Source: Actinomycetota bacterium
GTDB lineage: Bacteria; Actinomycetota; Actinomycetes; JAKEEW01
NCBI GenBank assembly: GCA_046725875.1
Contig: JBKOZJ010000007.1
Span: 1 to 41,409 of the forward strand
DNA: 41,409 nucleotides
Reading direction: 5' to 3'
Made by a program: the position numbers and the translations under genes. Below the pieces are notes generated by a model that saw only the letters and a list, made by a program, of their open reading frames with translations, did no database searches and was not told the origin of the DNA. This document shows positions 32,471 to 41,409 of this stretch, one piece after another. Numbering within the stretch: position 1 is the stretch's first letter; every line of letters starts with the position of its first letter.

Positions 32471-32483
32471 GGATCGCAGCGTG

Positions 32484-33761
32484 TCAGGCGGCGCTGGCGA
32501 TGTCGACAGAACCGTGCTGCGCCCGTACCCCCACCTGGGGCTGGCTCGCTTGCGGCCGCACCGCGTGCCCTCGGCGACCGGCGAGGGCATATCCGATCAC
32601 AAGGGTCGCCACGAGCGAGATCGCGCCGCCGCCCAGCAGGCTCCAGCGCGGGCCGAACGCCTCAGCCACCGCTCCCACGATCGGCGCTCCGAGCGGCGTG
32701 CCGCCCAGGAACACGATCATGTAGATCGCCATGACCCGCCCACGGATGGCGGCGGTCGCCCCGAGCTGCATCGTGGAGTTCGCCGCCGTGATGAAGGTCA
32801 TTGCCGCGAATCCGGTCGGTACCAGCATGGCGAGGAAGGTCCAGTAGGTCGGCATCAGGCCGCAGGCAGCCTCGAGGAGGCCGAATGCGACCGCCGCGCC
32901 GACCACGAGCCGCAGCCGGGGGCGGCCACGACCGGCGGCGGCCAGCGCGCCGGCGAGCGTTCCGGTCGCGAGCGCGCTTGACAGCAGGCCGAACGAGCCC
33001 GGTCCGCGCTCGAAGACATCCTTCGCGAACAGCGCCATTGTCATCTGGAAGTTGAGCCCGAAGGTGCCGATAAAGAACACCACCAGGACGGTGAGGAGCA
33101 AGGGGGGACGCGCTGCGATGTAGCGCAGCGCGGCGGCGAGCTGTCCCTTGGCCTTGGGCTGCCGCGGCGCGGGCGTCAGTTCCTCCGGCCGCATCCTCGC
33201 GAGCGCGGCCAGGGTCGCGGCAAACGACAGCCCGTTGAGCAGGAAGACCGGACCGGTGCCGACCGCGGCAATGAGCACGCCCGCAACCGCCGGTCCCGCC
33301 AGGCGGGCGAGGTTGAAGGAGGCGCTGTTGAGGGCCACCGCGTTCGGCAGCCGCTCCGCGCCGACGAGCTCCGAGACGAAGGTCTGCCGCGCCGGGTTGT
33401 CGAACGCGGTGACCGTTCCGAGCAGGAACGCAAGGACGTAGACGTGCCAGGCGTTGGCGAGCCCCGAGACGACGAGCAGGCCCAGCGCCAGTGCCACGAC
33501 GCCCATGGCGGACTGGGTAATCCCGAGGAGTCGCCGCTTCGAGTATCGGTCCGCCGCCAGGCCGCCCCAGGGCCCGAAGAGCAAGAACGGGAGGAACTGC
33601 AGGGCGACGGTGAGGCCGAGCGCAGACGCGGAGCCGGTGAGCTGCAGGACCAGCCAGTCCTGGGCCACGCGCTGCATCCACGTTCCGATGTTGGAGACGA
33701 CGGCGGCGCCGAAGAACAGCCGGTAGTTGCGGACGGCCAGTGATCGAAACGTGTAATTCAT
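32484..33761 (-). CDS. MFS transporter (MFS_3-like)
   Basis: FRSLAVRNYRLFF, GTWMQRVAQDWLV, FDNPARQTFVSELV, IRGRVMA; ATGA overlap with the MarR gene. Confidence 0.92.
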   Translation of the reverse strand: MNYTFRSLAVRNYRLFFGAAVVSNIGTWMQRVAQDWLVLQLTGSASALGLTVALQFLPFLLFGPWGGLAADRYSKRRLLGITQSAMGVVALALGLLVVSGLANAWHVYVLAFLLGTVTAFDNPARQTFVSELVGAERLPNAVALNSASFNLARLAGPAVAGVLIAAVGTGPVFLLNGLSFAATLAALARMRPEELTPAPRQPKAKGQLAAALRYIAARPPLLLTVLVVFFIGTFGLNFQMTMALFAKDVFERGPGSFGLLSSALATGTLAGALAAAGRGRPRLRLVVGAAVAFGLLEAACGLMPTYWTFLAMLVPTGFAAMTFITAANSTMQLGATAAIRGRVMAIYMIVFLGGTPLGAPIVGAVAEAFGPRWSLLGGGAISLVATLVIGYALAGRRGHAVRPQASQPQVGVRAQHGSVDIASAA

Positions 33762-34243
33762 GCTGCGGTCAGGCGCTCCAAGATGGGTGTGGCGGCATGC
33801 AAGGTCGCTCGCTCGTCGGGGGTGAGCTCGGCGAGCCGCTTGGTGAGCCACTCGTCGCGCATCCGTCGATCCGCACGGTGGATGGCCAGCGCTTTCCTGG
33901 TGGGACCGACGACCTGCTGCCGGCGGTCGGTCGGATGGGGGGTCCGGGTGATGAGGCCACGCTCCTCCAGCGCGGCGAGGATCTTCGTCATCGACGGCGG
34001 GCTGACCTTCTCATGAGCGGCGAGTTCGCGCGGCGTGAGCTGCTTGTGCCGGTCGAGAGTGCCGAGCACGGCAAGCTGGGTCAGGCTCAGCGTGAAGTCA
34101 GTGCGCTGCTGGCGCAGCCGTCGGGCCAGGCGCATGACCGCGAAGCGCAGAGCGCTGCCCTGGGCGAGGTCTGCCGCCGAGAGCGTTGCCGTTCTCGGCG
34201 GGGATTGCCGAGCGCTGTCCCGCTCGGCGATCGAGGCTTTCAT
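33758..34243 (-). CDS. MarR-family transcriptional regulator
   Basis: VMRLARRLRQQR, TPRELAAHEKVSPPSMTKI, RTPHPTDRRQ. Confidence 0.93.
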   Translation of the reverse strand: MKASIAERDSARQSPPRTATLSAADLAQGSALRFAVMRLARRLRQQRTDFTLSLTQLAVLGTLDRHKQLTPRELAAHEKVSPPSMTKILAALEERGLITRTPHPTDRRQQVVGPTRKALAIHRADRRMRDEWLTKRLAELTPDERATLHAATPILERLTAA

Positions 34244-34244
34244 A

Positions 34245-34263
34245 TCGTTAGTTTACCTAACGA
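34245..34263. promoter_or_regulatory. Palindromic operator over the -10 element of the leaderless marR-MFS operon
   Basis: TCGTTAG-tttac-CTAACGA; on the minus strand it contains TAAACT 6 nt before the ATG. Confidence 0.75.
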
Positions 34264-34379
34264 ACCTATGTATGCGCAACAGGCGAGTGGGGCCGGCGGT
34301 CCTTACCGGGCGACCGTTGCCATCGCAGGATGTGGTGAGCAAGCGGTTCCTCAGATGCTGTGGCCTCAGATGATTGGCC

Positions 34380-35860
34380 TCAGACGTTGAGCAGGCGCTC
34401 GATGGGCTCCAGAGCGAAGTAGATGATGAACAGAACCGAGACGAGCCACATCAGCGGATGGATCTCGGCTGCCTTGCCGCGGGCGGTTTTGATCACGACG
34501 TACGAGATGAAGCCGGCGCCGATCCCGTTCGTGATCGAGTAGGTGAACGGCATGAGCACGATGGTGAAGAAAGCCGGGATGCCGATCTCCGGATCGCTGA
34601 AGTCGATGTTCCGGACCTGCATCAGCATCAGGAAGCCGACCACGACGAGCGCCGGCGTCGCCGCCTCGGACGGCACCACCTGCACGAGCGGGGTTAGGAA
34701 CATCGCGCCGACGAAGAGCAGTCCGGTGACGATGCTCGCCAGCCCGGTCCGGGCGCCCTCGCCAACGCCGGCCGCCGACTCGATGTAGGTCGTATTGGAC
34801 GAGACGGATGCTGCACCGCCTGCGGCGGCCGCCGCCGAGTCCACCAGCAATACCCGGTCGGCGCCGGGGAGATCGCCGTTCTTGTCGAGCAGGCCGGCTC
34901 GGCGCCGACACCCGTGATCGTTCCCATGGTGTCGAAGAAGTCGGCGAGCAGCAGAGTGAGAATGAACAGTAGCCCGGCGATGACGCCGACCTCGGCGATC
35001 CCGCCACCCAGCGAGAACTGCCCGATGAGGCCGAGGTCCGGGCTCGCCGTCACTTCGTCCGGCCAGGATGGAACGGTGAGCCGCCAGCCGTCCGGATTGG
35101 TCTCCGCGTTGTACGCCCCGATGTCGGCGATCGCCTCGATGATGATGGACAGGATCGTGCCGCCGATGATCCCGATCAGGATCGCGCCCGTGACCCGCTT
35201 GGCGACCATGATCGCGATAGCGATCACGCCGATCACAAAGACGAGGATCGGCCAGCCGGAGAGGCTTGATGTGCGGCCGAGCTGCAGCACCGGCGTGCCG
35301 GGCTGGACAAAGCCGGCATCGACGAAGCCAATGAGCGCGATGAACAGGCCGATACCTACCGCGATCGCGGTCTTCAGGTCGGTGGGAATGGCGCGGAAGA
35401 TGAGGCCGCGCACGCCGACCAGGACCAGCACGGTAATCGCGAGGCCCTCGATCACAACCAGGCCCATCGCGTCCTCCCAGCTCATCCGGCTGGCGAGGCT
35501 GAAGGTGACGAACGCGTTGAGGCCCAGGCCGGTCGCGATCGCGAACGGATACCGCCCGACGATTCCCATCAAGGTGGTCATCACGGCGGCGACCAACGCC
35601 GTCGCCGCCGCCACCAACGGAATGGCAGCGGCAGCACCCGTTTGGTCACCCAGGAACTGGCCGTCCGTGTCGGCCACGGTGCCGATGATGATCGGGTTGA
35701 GCACCACGATGTAGGCCATGGTGAAGAAGGTGGCCAGGCCGCCGCGGACCTCGCGGCCTACCGCGGACCCGCGTTCGGAGATCTTGAAATAGCGGTCCAG
35801 GCCTTCCTGCGTCGGTCTGGGTTTTTCCGGTTCGGCGACGGTCGAGGTGTCCGTACCCAT
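34380..35860 (-). CDS. NCS2/AzgA-family purine permease, with one frameshift at ~34898
   Basis: TFFTMAYIVVLNP, GLGLNAF, DFFDTMGT, then SSNTTYIESAAGVGEGARTGL and MPFTYSITNGIG. Adding one G restores EAGLLDKNGDLPG. Confidence 0.9.
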
Positions 35861-36080
35861 TGCATGCTCCCTCTACGAGGCGGAACAGCGAGGTGATACC
35901 GCCGGAAGGGCGGGTTCAACGCCGCCCTTCGGCCGTTCTTTGGGGGTAGGTACGCCGGGCAGCCCGCGGCGTGCGGTCCGAGCGTGCCAGATTATGCACA
36001 TGCCATCCGGAAGCCACGCCGACCCTCGTTCTCGGGGCACGCCGGACGTGGCCGTCATGGGAATCGCCTAACCTCGTGAC

Positions 36081-36449
36081 ATGGCGAGGCGCCCCAGGTA
36101 CGACCGCATCGAGCCGTGGCGGCCGCCAGAGCCGCCGGAGGCCGCCCGACCGGAGCGGCGGAGCCGATCTCACGCCAAGCCGGGCTCTGACCCCGCCGAG
36201 ATTGGGAGCGAGCCGGTCGATGTGGATGGGGTGGCTGTCATCACGGTCGGCACCATCATGTGGGCGATTGCGTTCGTCGTCTTGCTGCCTTTCCGCGCCC
36301 GGCTGGCGGATCATGGGCAGGAGTGGTGGCTGTGGACCTGTGTAGCGGGCGTCGGCCTGGGATTGTGGGGAATCTACCTCTGCCGGCGCAGGCGAGACCG
36401 GCTCACCGCGCAGCGCCGCACCGCTAGCAAGGGCGCATCGGGCTCGTAG
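36081..36449 (+). CDS. DUF2530-family membrane protein
   Basis: VITVGT.MW, WWLWTCVAGVGLG; usual neighbour of DUF3027 and NCS2. Confidence 0.85.
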   Translation: MARRPRYDRIEPWRPPEPPEAARPERRSRSHAKPGSDPAEIGSEPVDVDGVAVITVGTIMWAIAFVVLLPFRARLADHGQEWWLWTCVAGVGLGLWGIYLCRRRRDRLTAQRRTASKGASGS

Positions 36450-36478
36450 CCTGCGGCAGCAGGGGCTGCAAGCGTCGA

Positions 36479-37243
36479 CTAACCCTCCAGATAACCGAAC
36501 TCGTCGACGACCTCCGGAGCGGTCTTCGGCGGGGTTGGCATCACCGCGGCCTCAGAGTGTGCACCGCATCCGTGATCGAGCGACACGACGTGGCCGTCGC
36601 TGGGCGAGAACTCGTTTGCGCACACCCCGAAACCGCGTCCGAGGACCCCGCGCAAGCCGACGAAGAAGCCGCAGGTCGAACACCGGGCCGGCGCGGCCTT
36701 TGCCATCGGCGTGGCTGGTCCGCCCGCGCCTGAATACCAGCGCTCGGCGGCGAGCGTGGCCCCCTGCCGGGAGAGCACTCGCGGCCGCCCGATGCCGAGC
36801 TCGTGCGCGACCGGAGCCCGCTGGGCGAACTCGGCGGGCTCCTCGTCCGCTCCGGTATAGCCGGGCTCGAGCCGCTCGTCGTCGGCGCGGGTCGGCAGTA
36901 GATCGCCCGGACGGAGGTCGCCCGGGCGCAGGCGCTCGCTCCATGGCACCCATGGCGGGGCCAGGAGCGCATCCGGGCCGGGCAGCAGAACCATCTCATC
37001 GACGGTGACGGTCTTCGACCGGGCCGCTCGGGCAACGGTGACCGCCCAGTGCCAACCGGCGTAGCCGCGAGACCGACAGTCAAAGTAGTGCGTGAGGACC
37101 CGATCGTCGTCGGCCGTGACCCCGAGATGGTCGCCGACCTGATCGCCGCCGCCGACCTCTAGCGCAGCCGAGCGGGCCAGATCGACGGCGTCTGCGCACC
37201 GGGCATCGACGGTCGGCGTTCGGCTCCGGCTCGTGGTCATCAC
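36479..37243 (-). CDS. DUF3027-family protein
   Basis: GYAGWHWAVTV, LLPGPDALLAPPWVPWSERLRPGDL, CSTCGF, FGVCANE.SP.DGHVVS.DHGCGAHSE. Confidence 0.92.
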   Translation of the reverse strand: MMTTSRSRTPTVDARCADAVDLARSAALEVGGGDQVGDHLGVTADDDRVLTHYFDCRSRGYAGWHWAVTVARAARSKTVTVDEMVLLPGPDALLAPPWVPWSERLRPGDLRPGDLLPTRADDERLEPGYTGADEEPAEFAQRAPVAHELGIGRPRVLSRQGATLAAERWYSGAGGPATPMAKAAPARCSTCGFFVGLRGVLGRGFGVCANEFSPSDGHVVSLDHGCGAHSEAAVMPTPPKTAPEVVDEFGYLEG

Positions 37244-37334
37244 GGCCACGATTCTTACCTACATCCACCCGTACCCGCGAATCGGCTGGCGTCGGAACGT
37301 TCGCCGCCCCAGCCCGGTCGGGCAGGATTGGAAT

Positions 37335-38756
37335 GTGAGCGATGACTTCGGCCGCGGGAGACCCGACGGCACGCAGCGCGCTCTCGAGGTGGCCAAGTCG
37401 AGCGCGATCTCAGTCGCGCGGTTCAGCGGTCGGGCGGCCAAGGGCACGGCGCGCCGAATCAACCGCGCCACCCGTGCGGGCGGGGCCGGCGAGTCCGGGC
37501 TGGCCAAGGTCATCGAGCTGCAGGCCGTGCACTCAGCGGGCGACGCCCTCGTCGCGGTGTCGCTGGCGGGCACGCTCTTCTTCGACGCGCCGCTGGGCGA
37601 GGCCCGCGGCAAGGTCGCGCTCTACCTGCTCATCACAATGGCACCGTTCGCCCTGGTCGCCCCAGTCATCGGGCCGCTTCTGGACCGGCTGCGGCACGGC
37701 CGCCGCTGGGCGCTGGCCGCGACGATGCTGGCCCGGGCATTCCTCGTCTGGATCATGGCCGATGCAGTCACGGGCGGGCTTGCCCTTTATCCCGCCGCCT
37801 TCGGCGCCTTGGTCGCATCGAAGGCGCAAGGCGTGTTGCGGGGCGCCCTAGTTCCTAGGCTGTTGCCGCCATCTACCACCCTGGTCAGGGCGAACGCGCG
37901 CGTCTCGCTCGCGGGCACCGTCGCGATGCTTGTCGCCGGGCCGATCGGGGCGGCGATCGCGTGGATCGGCCCGCAATGGTCGCTGCGGACCGCCTTCGTG
38001 GTCTTCATCGTGGGCATGGTCCTCGCCCTGAAGCTGCCACAACGCGTCGACGCCCCGGCGAGCGACGGAGAAGAACACGAACCGGAGCGCCCGGGCATCG
38101 GCGAGGTCGTCGGTAGGCCACACGGCGTCTCCGGCGGAGTGGTCATGGCGTTGCGGGCGAACGCCGCGTTCCGGGCCCTCTCCGGATTCCTGATCATCTA
38201 TCTCGCGTTCCTGCTCAAGAGCCAGCCGCTGGAGGGGGTGTCGATTCCGGCGATATACGGACTGGTGGCGGGCGCCGCCGGCATCGGTAGCTTCCTGGGT
38301 ATCGCACTTGGCTCGAAGCTGCGGGCCCGCTCGCCCGAGCGTGTGATCGTGATGCTGATGATCCTGGAGACGCTCGCGATGGGGGCGAGTGCCTTCTGGT
38401 ACGGCGTGATCAGCGTGATAGGGGTCGCCGCCGTGGCCGGCTTCGGCCAATCCCTCGGCAAGCTTGCGCTGGATGCGCTCGTCCAACGTGACGTAGCCGA
38501 GGTGGTCCGCGCGTCGGTGTTCGCCCGGGTTGAGACGCTGCTCCAGCTCACCTGGGTGCTCGGCGGCTTCGCCGGCATCGTCCTGACTCTGTGGCGGGCT
38601 GTCGGTGGCGACCTCGGCTTCGGCTTGGCGGCGGTCGCGATGGCGGTTGGATTCGTCTTCGTGATGCGCGGGCTGGCCAGGTCGCGCCGGAATCGCCGGT
38701 CGGCGGGAAGATCGGCGCTCGAGGCGGCCATGCTCCCCGGCTCTCAGGGCCAGTAG
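37335..38756 (+). CDS. MFS-type membrane protein
   Basis: GAGESGLA, VSLAGTLFF, ARGKVALYLLITMAPFALVAP.IGP.LDR, FARVETLLQLTWVLGG. Confidence 0.88.
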   Translation: MSDDFGRGRPDGTQRALEVAKSSAISVARFSGRAAKGTARRINRATRAGGAGESGLAKVIELQAVHSAGDALVAVSLAGTLFFDAPLGEARGKVALYLLITMAPFALVAPVIGPLLDRLRHGRRWALAATMLARAFLVWIMADAVTGGLALYPAAFGALVASKAQGVLRGALVPRLLPPSTTLVRANARVSLAGTVAMLVAGPIGAAIAWIGPQWSLRTAFVVFIVGMVLALKLPQRVDAPASDGEEHEPERPGIGEVVGRPHGVSGGVVMALRANAAFRALSGFLIIYLAFLLKSQPLEGVSIPAIYGLVAGAAGIGSFLGIALGSKLRARSPERVIVMLMILETLAMGASAFWYGVISVIGVAAVAGFGQSLGKLALDALVQRDVAEVVRASVFARVETLLQLTWVLGGFAGIVLTLWRAVGGDLGFGLAAVAMAVGFVFVMRGLARSRRNRRSAGRSALEAAMLPGSQGQ

Positions 38757-38766
38757 CGCCCTGGAT

Positions 38767-39144
38767 CTATGCCTGAAGGTCGTCGGCCACGGCGCGAAGA
38801 ACTGCCGCGATCTTGCCCGAGTCCGGAGGATACTTTCCGCGCCGCAACGAGTTCGACAGCCCGTCGAGCAGCTTGATCAAGTCCTCGACGATCGGCACCA
38901 TCTCGTCCGGCTTCTTGCGCTGGGCCTTGGCGAGCGACGGCGGTGCCTCGAGCACCCGTACGGCCAAGGCCTGATCTCCGCGACGCCCTTCAGCGACGCC
39001 GAACTCCACCCGTTGTCCTGGCCGCAGGGCCGGACTGCCCGGTGGGAGGGCGGACGAGTGTACGAAGACATCAGAGCCGTCGTCGCGGGAGATGAAGCCG
39101 AAGCCCTTCTCAGCGTCGAACCACTTGACCTTGCCGGTTGGCAC
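38767..39144 (-). CDS. Cold-shock domain protein with actinobacterial C-terminal extension (CspB-like)
   Basis: [39 protein letters not shown]. Confidence 0.94.
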   Translation of the reverse strand: MPTGKVKWFDAEKGFGFISRDDGSDVFVHSSALPPGSPALRPGQRVEFGVAEGRRGDQALAVRVLEAPPSLAKAQRKKPDEMVPIVEDLIKLLDGLSNSLRRGKYPPDSGKIAAVLRAVADDLQA

Positions 39145-39332
39145 CAAAACCCCGTTCAGATCGAGTCCTGCGTCCCGCCAGGTGCACGGACCATCCTGAC
39201 GGCCTGAGGGCGTGCCCGGAAAATCCGACCGGTCGTGGCCCTCTTCGGCCGCCATTCTCCACGCGCGCCCCCCAAGGCTACCGATGCGGTTTGCCCAGCC
39301 CAAGCCGAATCCACCCCACCCCAGGTGATCAA

Positions 39333-40199
39333 CTAGCGAAGGGTCGCGGCGCGCTGTCCGCGCAGCGCCTCGTTCATCGAGCCGGACCGGAAACCCCGCA
39401 GGTCGACGGTGACCTCGGCGAAGCCGACGGCCCGAACGGCCTCCGCCACCCGCGAGCTCCTCGTCACCCGATCGACCAGCTCCCGGTCGACCTCGATCGT
39501 CGCCCGATCGCCGCCGAGGTCACGTACCCGGAGGTTGACGACCGGGATCGCGGCCGCGGCAAGGACCGTTCGCACCGCCGCCTCGGCTCGCTCCACCCGC
39601 GCGAGAGCCGCCGAGGTGATGCTGATGCCGTACGCGATCCGACTGGACAGGCAGGCCGCCGCCGGCTTGTCCCATGTACTCAGTCCCCAACGACGCGACG
39701 CCGCACGCACGTCGGCCTTGGTGAAGCCGGCATCGCGCAGTGGTGTCAGCGCGCCGCGTTCGGCGGCGGCGCGAATGCCGGGCCGGAAGTCTGCAACCGC
39801 GTCGTCGTGGTTCGTCCCGGTGACGACATCGGAAAGATGGAGTTGGGCGGCAAGCGGCGTGAGGACGTCGAGCAGTTCGGCCTTGCAGAAGTAGCATCGG
39901 TTCCCGGCGTTCGCCTGGTAACGGCGGTCCTCGAGTTCGCGCGTATGCGGCGCGACGTGGCGGACAGAGAGGCCGTGCGCAAACCGCCGTGCCTGGTCGA
40001 ACTCCGCGGCCGGCAGGCTCGGTGAGACCGCCGTCGCGGCAACCACATTCTCCGGCCCCAATGCTCGCGCCGCGGCAGCAAGAACGAACGCCGAGTCGGC
40101 TCCGCCCGAGAACGCCACAAGCACCGACCCGAGCGTCTGCAACCGCTCGTCGAGCTCAGCCAGCTTGCGATCGAGCGCGGCCTCATCTACTCCCCGCAC
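39333..40199 (-). CDS. larE: LarE-family ATP-dependent sulfur transferase
   Basis: PP-loop [20 protein letters not shown]...[27 protein letters not shown]. Confidence 0.92.
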   Translation of the reverse strand: MRGVDEAALDRKLAELDERLQTLGSVLVAFSGGADSAFVLAAAARALGPENVVAATAVSPSLPAAEFDQARRFAHGLSVRHVAPHTRELEDRRYQANAGNRCYFCKAELLDVLTPLAAQLHLSDVVTGTNHDDAVADFRPGIRAAAERGALTPLRDAGFTKADVRAASRRWGLSTWDKPAAACLSSRIAYGISITSAALARVERAEAAVRTVLAAAAIPVVNLRVRDLGGDRATIEVDRELVDRVTRSSRVAEAVRAVGFAEVTVDLRGFRSGSMNEALRGQRAATLR

Positions 40200-40307
40200 G
40201 CCTCAACCCTAGTGACGCGCCCTGGCCGCACTCGCCCGAGCACCCCGGGCCTGCCTCGCCTTTGTGATCGGTGTGTGGAACGCGAACGTGTGGGAAGAGA
40301 CATCGGC

Positions 40308-40625
40308 ATGGTTAGGTACGGATACCGCACCAGACGAGATGCGGCCGACGACGTCGGGTGGGGCATCGCCTCGCTCGTCTGGCTGCTCGCTGTGGTGGCC
40401 GCCGCGTTTCTCATTATCTACATCATCCTCGTGCTCTTCGAGGCAAACCCCGCCAACGACCTGGTCGACTTCATTCACGATGTCGCGGTCAAGCTGGCGT
40501 GGGTATTCCGTGATCTATTTGAAGTCGACAACCGCAAGCTAGAGATTGTGCTCAACTTCGGGCTTGCCGCCCTCGTCTACCTCGCGGTCGGCCGGGTCGT
40601 CGCCCGTGCACTGAACCGCATCTAA
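40308..40625 (+). CDS. Small membrane protein
   Basis: Two hydrophobic segments; FEANPANDLV, FRDLF, LNFGLAALVYL. Confidence 0.8.
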   Translation: MVRYGYRTRRDAADDVGWGIASLVWLLAVVAAAFLIIYIILVLFEANPANDLVDFIHDVAVKLAWVFRDLFEVDNRKLEIVLNFGLAALVYLAVGRVVARALNRI

Positions 40626-40646
40626 ACCCACCGCCTCCGCACCCGG

Positions 40647-40675
40647 ACATCCCCGCCCAAAACGAGCGGGGATGT
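40647..40675. terminator. Hairpin between convergent genes
   Basis: ACATCCCCGC-N9-GCGGGGATGT, a perfect 10-bp stem with no long U-tract. Confidence 0.6.
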
Positions 40676-40692
40676 TCGTATCCGCGGGTTCG

Positions 40693-41409
40693 CTATCGTG
40701 ACGGGGCGCCGCTGCTTCTCGAGAACAACTTGAAGAGGAGGTAGCCGGCGGCGAGAAAGCCCGCGACCCACGGCCACGATCCGAAAAACTCGCGAAGTGA
40801 GTCCATGGCTCGGTCGAAGCGGTCCCCGGTCGTGCCGGACCGGCTATGCGTCAGCCAGACGACGAAGATGCCCGCCCCGAGTGTAAGAGCCGGAACGAGG
40901 GCAATGGCGACGCCCTTCTCACGCTCGTTCCACACCTTTGACATCAAGGTGAGGCCGACCGCGACGATGAAGCCGAGGTAGCTGAGCACCAACGTTCCGA
41001 CCGTGTAGAAAAGTAGGGCTGCGATCTCCAGCAGGTTGCGGCCACGGAACACCCCGATCGGATTACCGGCCGTCGTCCGTGGCCGGCGGTAACGCGCCGG
41101 CGTCTCGCCAGGGCGCGACCCACGCGACCCGCGTGAGGTCCGTACTCCTCGGAGCCAGGGCGGGAGGTTGCGGCCACCTTCGCCGTCACCATCGGGCGAT
41201 ACGTCGGGAACGACGAGACCGGTGTATGCCGGAACGCTGTCCTCCGACTGATTGGACACGACCGAACGCGCCAACAACACCTCGGCCGGACCAAGCTGGG
41301 CAATGACGCGGGCCACTGGCGTGCCGCGAGCACGTTCGGACTCGATCCGCGCGCGGACGTCCTCGACCAGCTGTACTCGGTCCAGCGGCGCAAGGCGGCC
41401 CTGGGCCGC
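40693..41409 (-). CDS. Membrane protein, 5' end outside the window; HAAS-like N-terminal helical region
   Basis: The frame is open to the window edge (LAPLDRVQLVEDVRARIE...VIAQLGPAEVL) and has four C-terminal hydrophobic segments. Confidence 0.75.
   Translation of the reverse strand, partial: AAQGRLAPLDRVQLVEDVRARIESERARGTPVARVIAQLGPAEVLLARSVVSNQSEDSVPAYTGLVVPDVSPDGDGEGGRNLPPWLRGVRTSRGSRGSRPGETPARYRRPRTTAGNPIGVFRGRNLLEIAALLFYTVGTLVLSYLGFIVAVGLTLMSKVWNEREKGVAIALVPALTLGAGIFVVWLTHSRSGTTGDRFDRAMDSLREFFGSWPWVAGFLAAGYLLFKLFSRSSGAPSR

Noticed and set aside
34245..34270. IdeR/DtxR iron box
   Set aside because: Only a partial resemblance to TTAGGTTAGGCTAACCTAA; symmetry and position fit MarR autoregulation better.
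34880..34910. Programmed frameshift in the NCS2 permease
   Set aside because: No slippery sequence; a single missing G explains it.
39145..39280. Long 5' UTR of the cold-shock gene
   Set aside because: Long leaders are normal for csp genes and no distinctive structure was seen.

Overview
A very GC-rich actinobacterial (Actinomycetota-type) chromosomal segment, mostly core metabolism. From 0.6 to 12 kb is a minus-strand TCA/purine/one-carbon block: sucC, sucD, a DUF6350/PerM-like gene, purN, purH, folD, an inserted CitZ-like citrate synthase, DUF3017, an LDH-like mdh and icd. It is followed by ideR/dtxR, udgX, an MFS gene, pdxH, citrate synthase 2, a GNAT, a FAD/Fe-S oxidase, serC, a CDF transporter, phospholipase D, a DUF222/HNH (13E12-like) gene, a FAD monooxygenase, YtfJ/GerW, an MBL hydrolase, a methyltransferase, thpR, MFS-MarR, an NCS2 permease, DUF2530, DUF3027, a cold-shock protein and larE. 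I saw no rRNA, tRNA, CRISPR array, prophage or transposase. The most unusual signals are non-coding. (i) Two ~160-bp fold-back elements share a 39-nt core (30/39 identical) but have unrelated terminal repeats, and both have G-U-compatible stems on the core-bearing strand. (ii) A 168-bp hairpin is built from four copies of a ~27-nt unit. (iii) A perfect (AGG)10 tract sits at the start of the ytfJ-like gene. (iv) The HNH gene has a combined PafBC and LexA promoter. (v) An operator-like palindrome precedes mdh-icd, and a structured leader precedes serC. Three genes carry single-base frameshifts that may be assembly errors. All family assignments come from motif recognition by eye; no database search was run.
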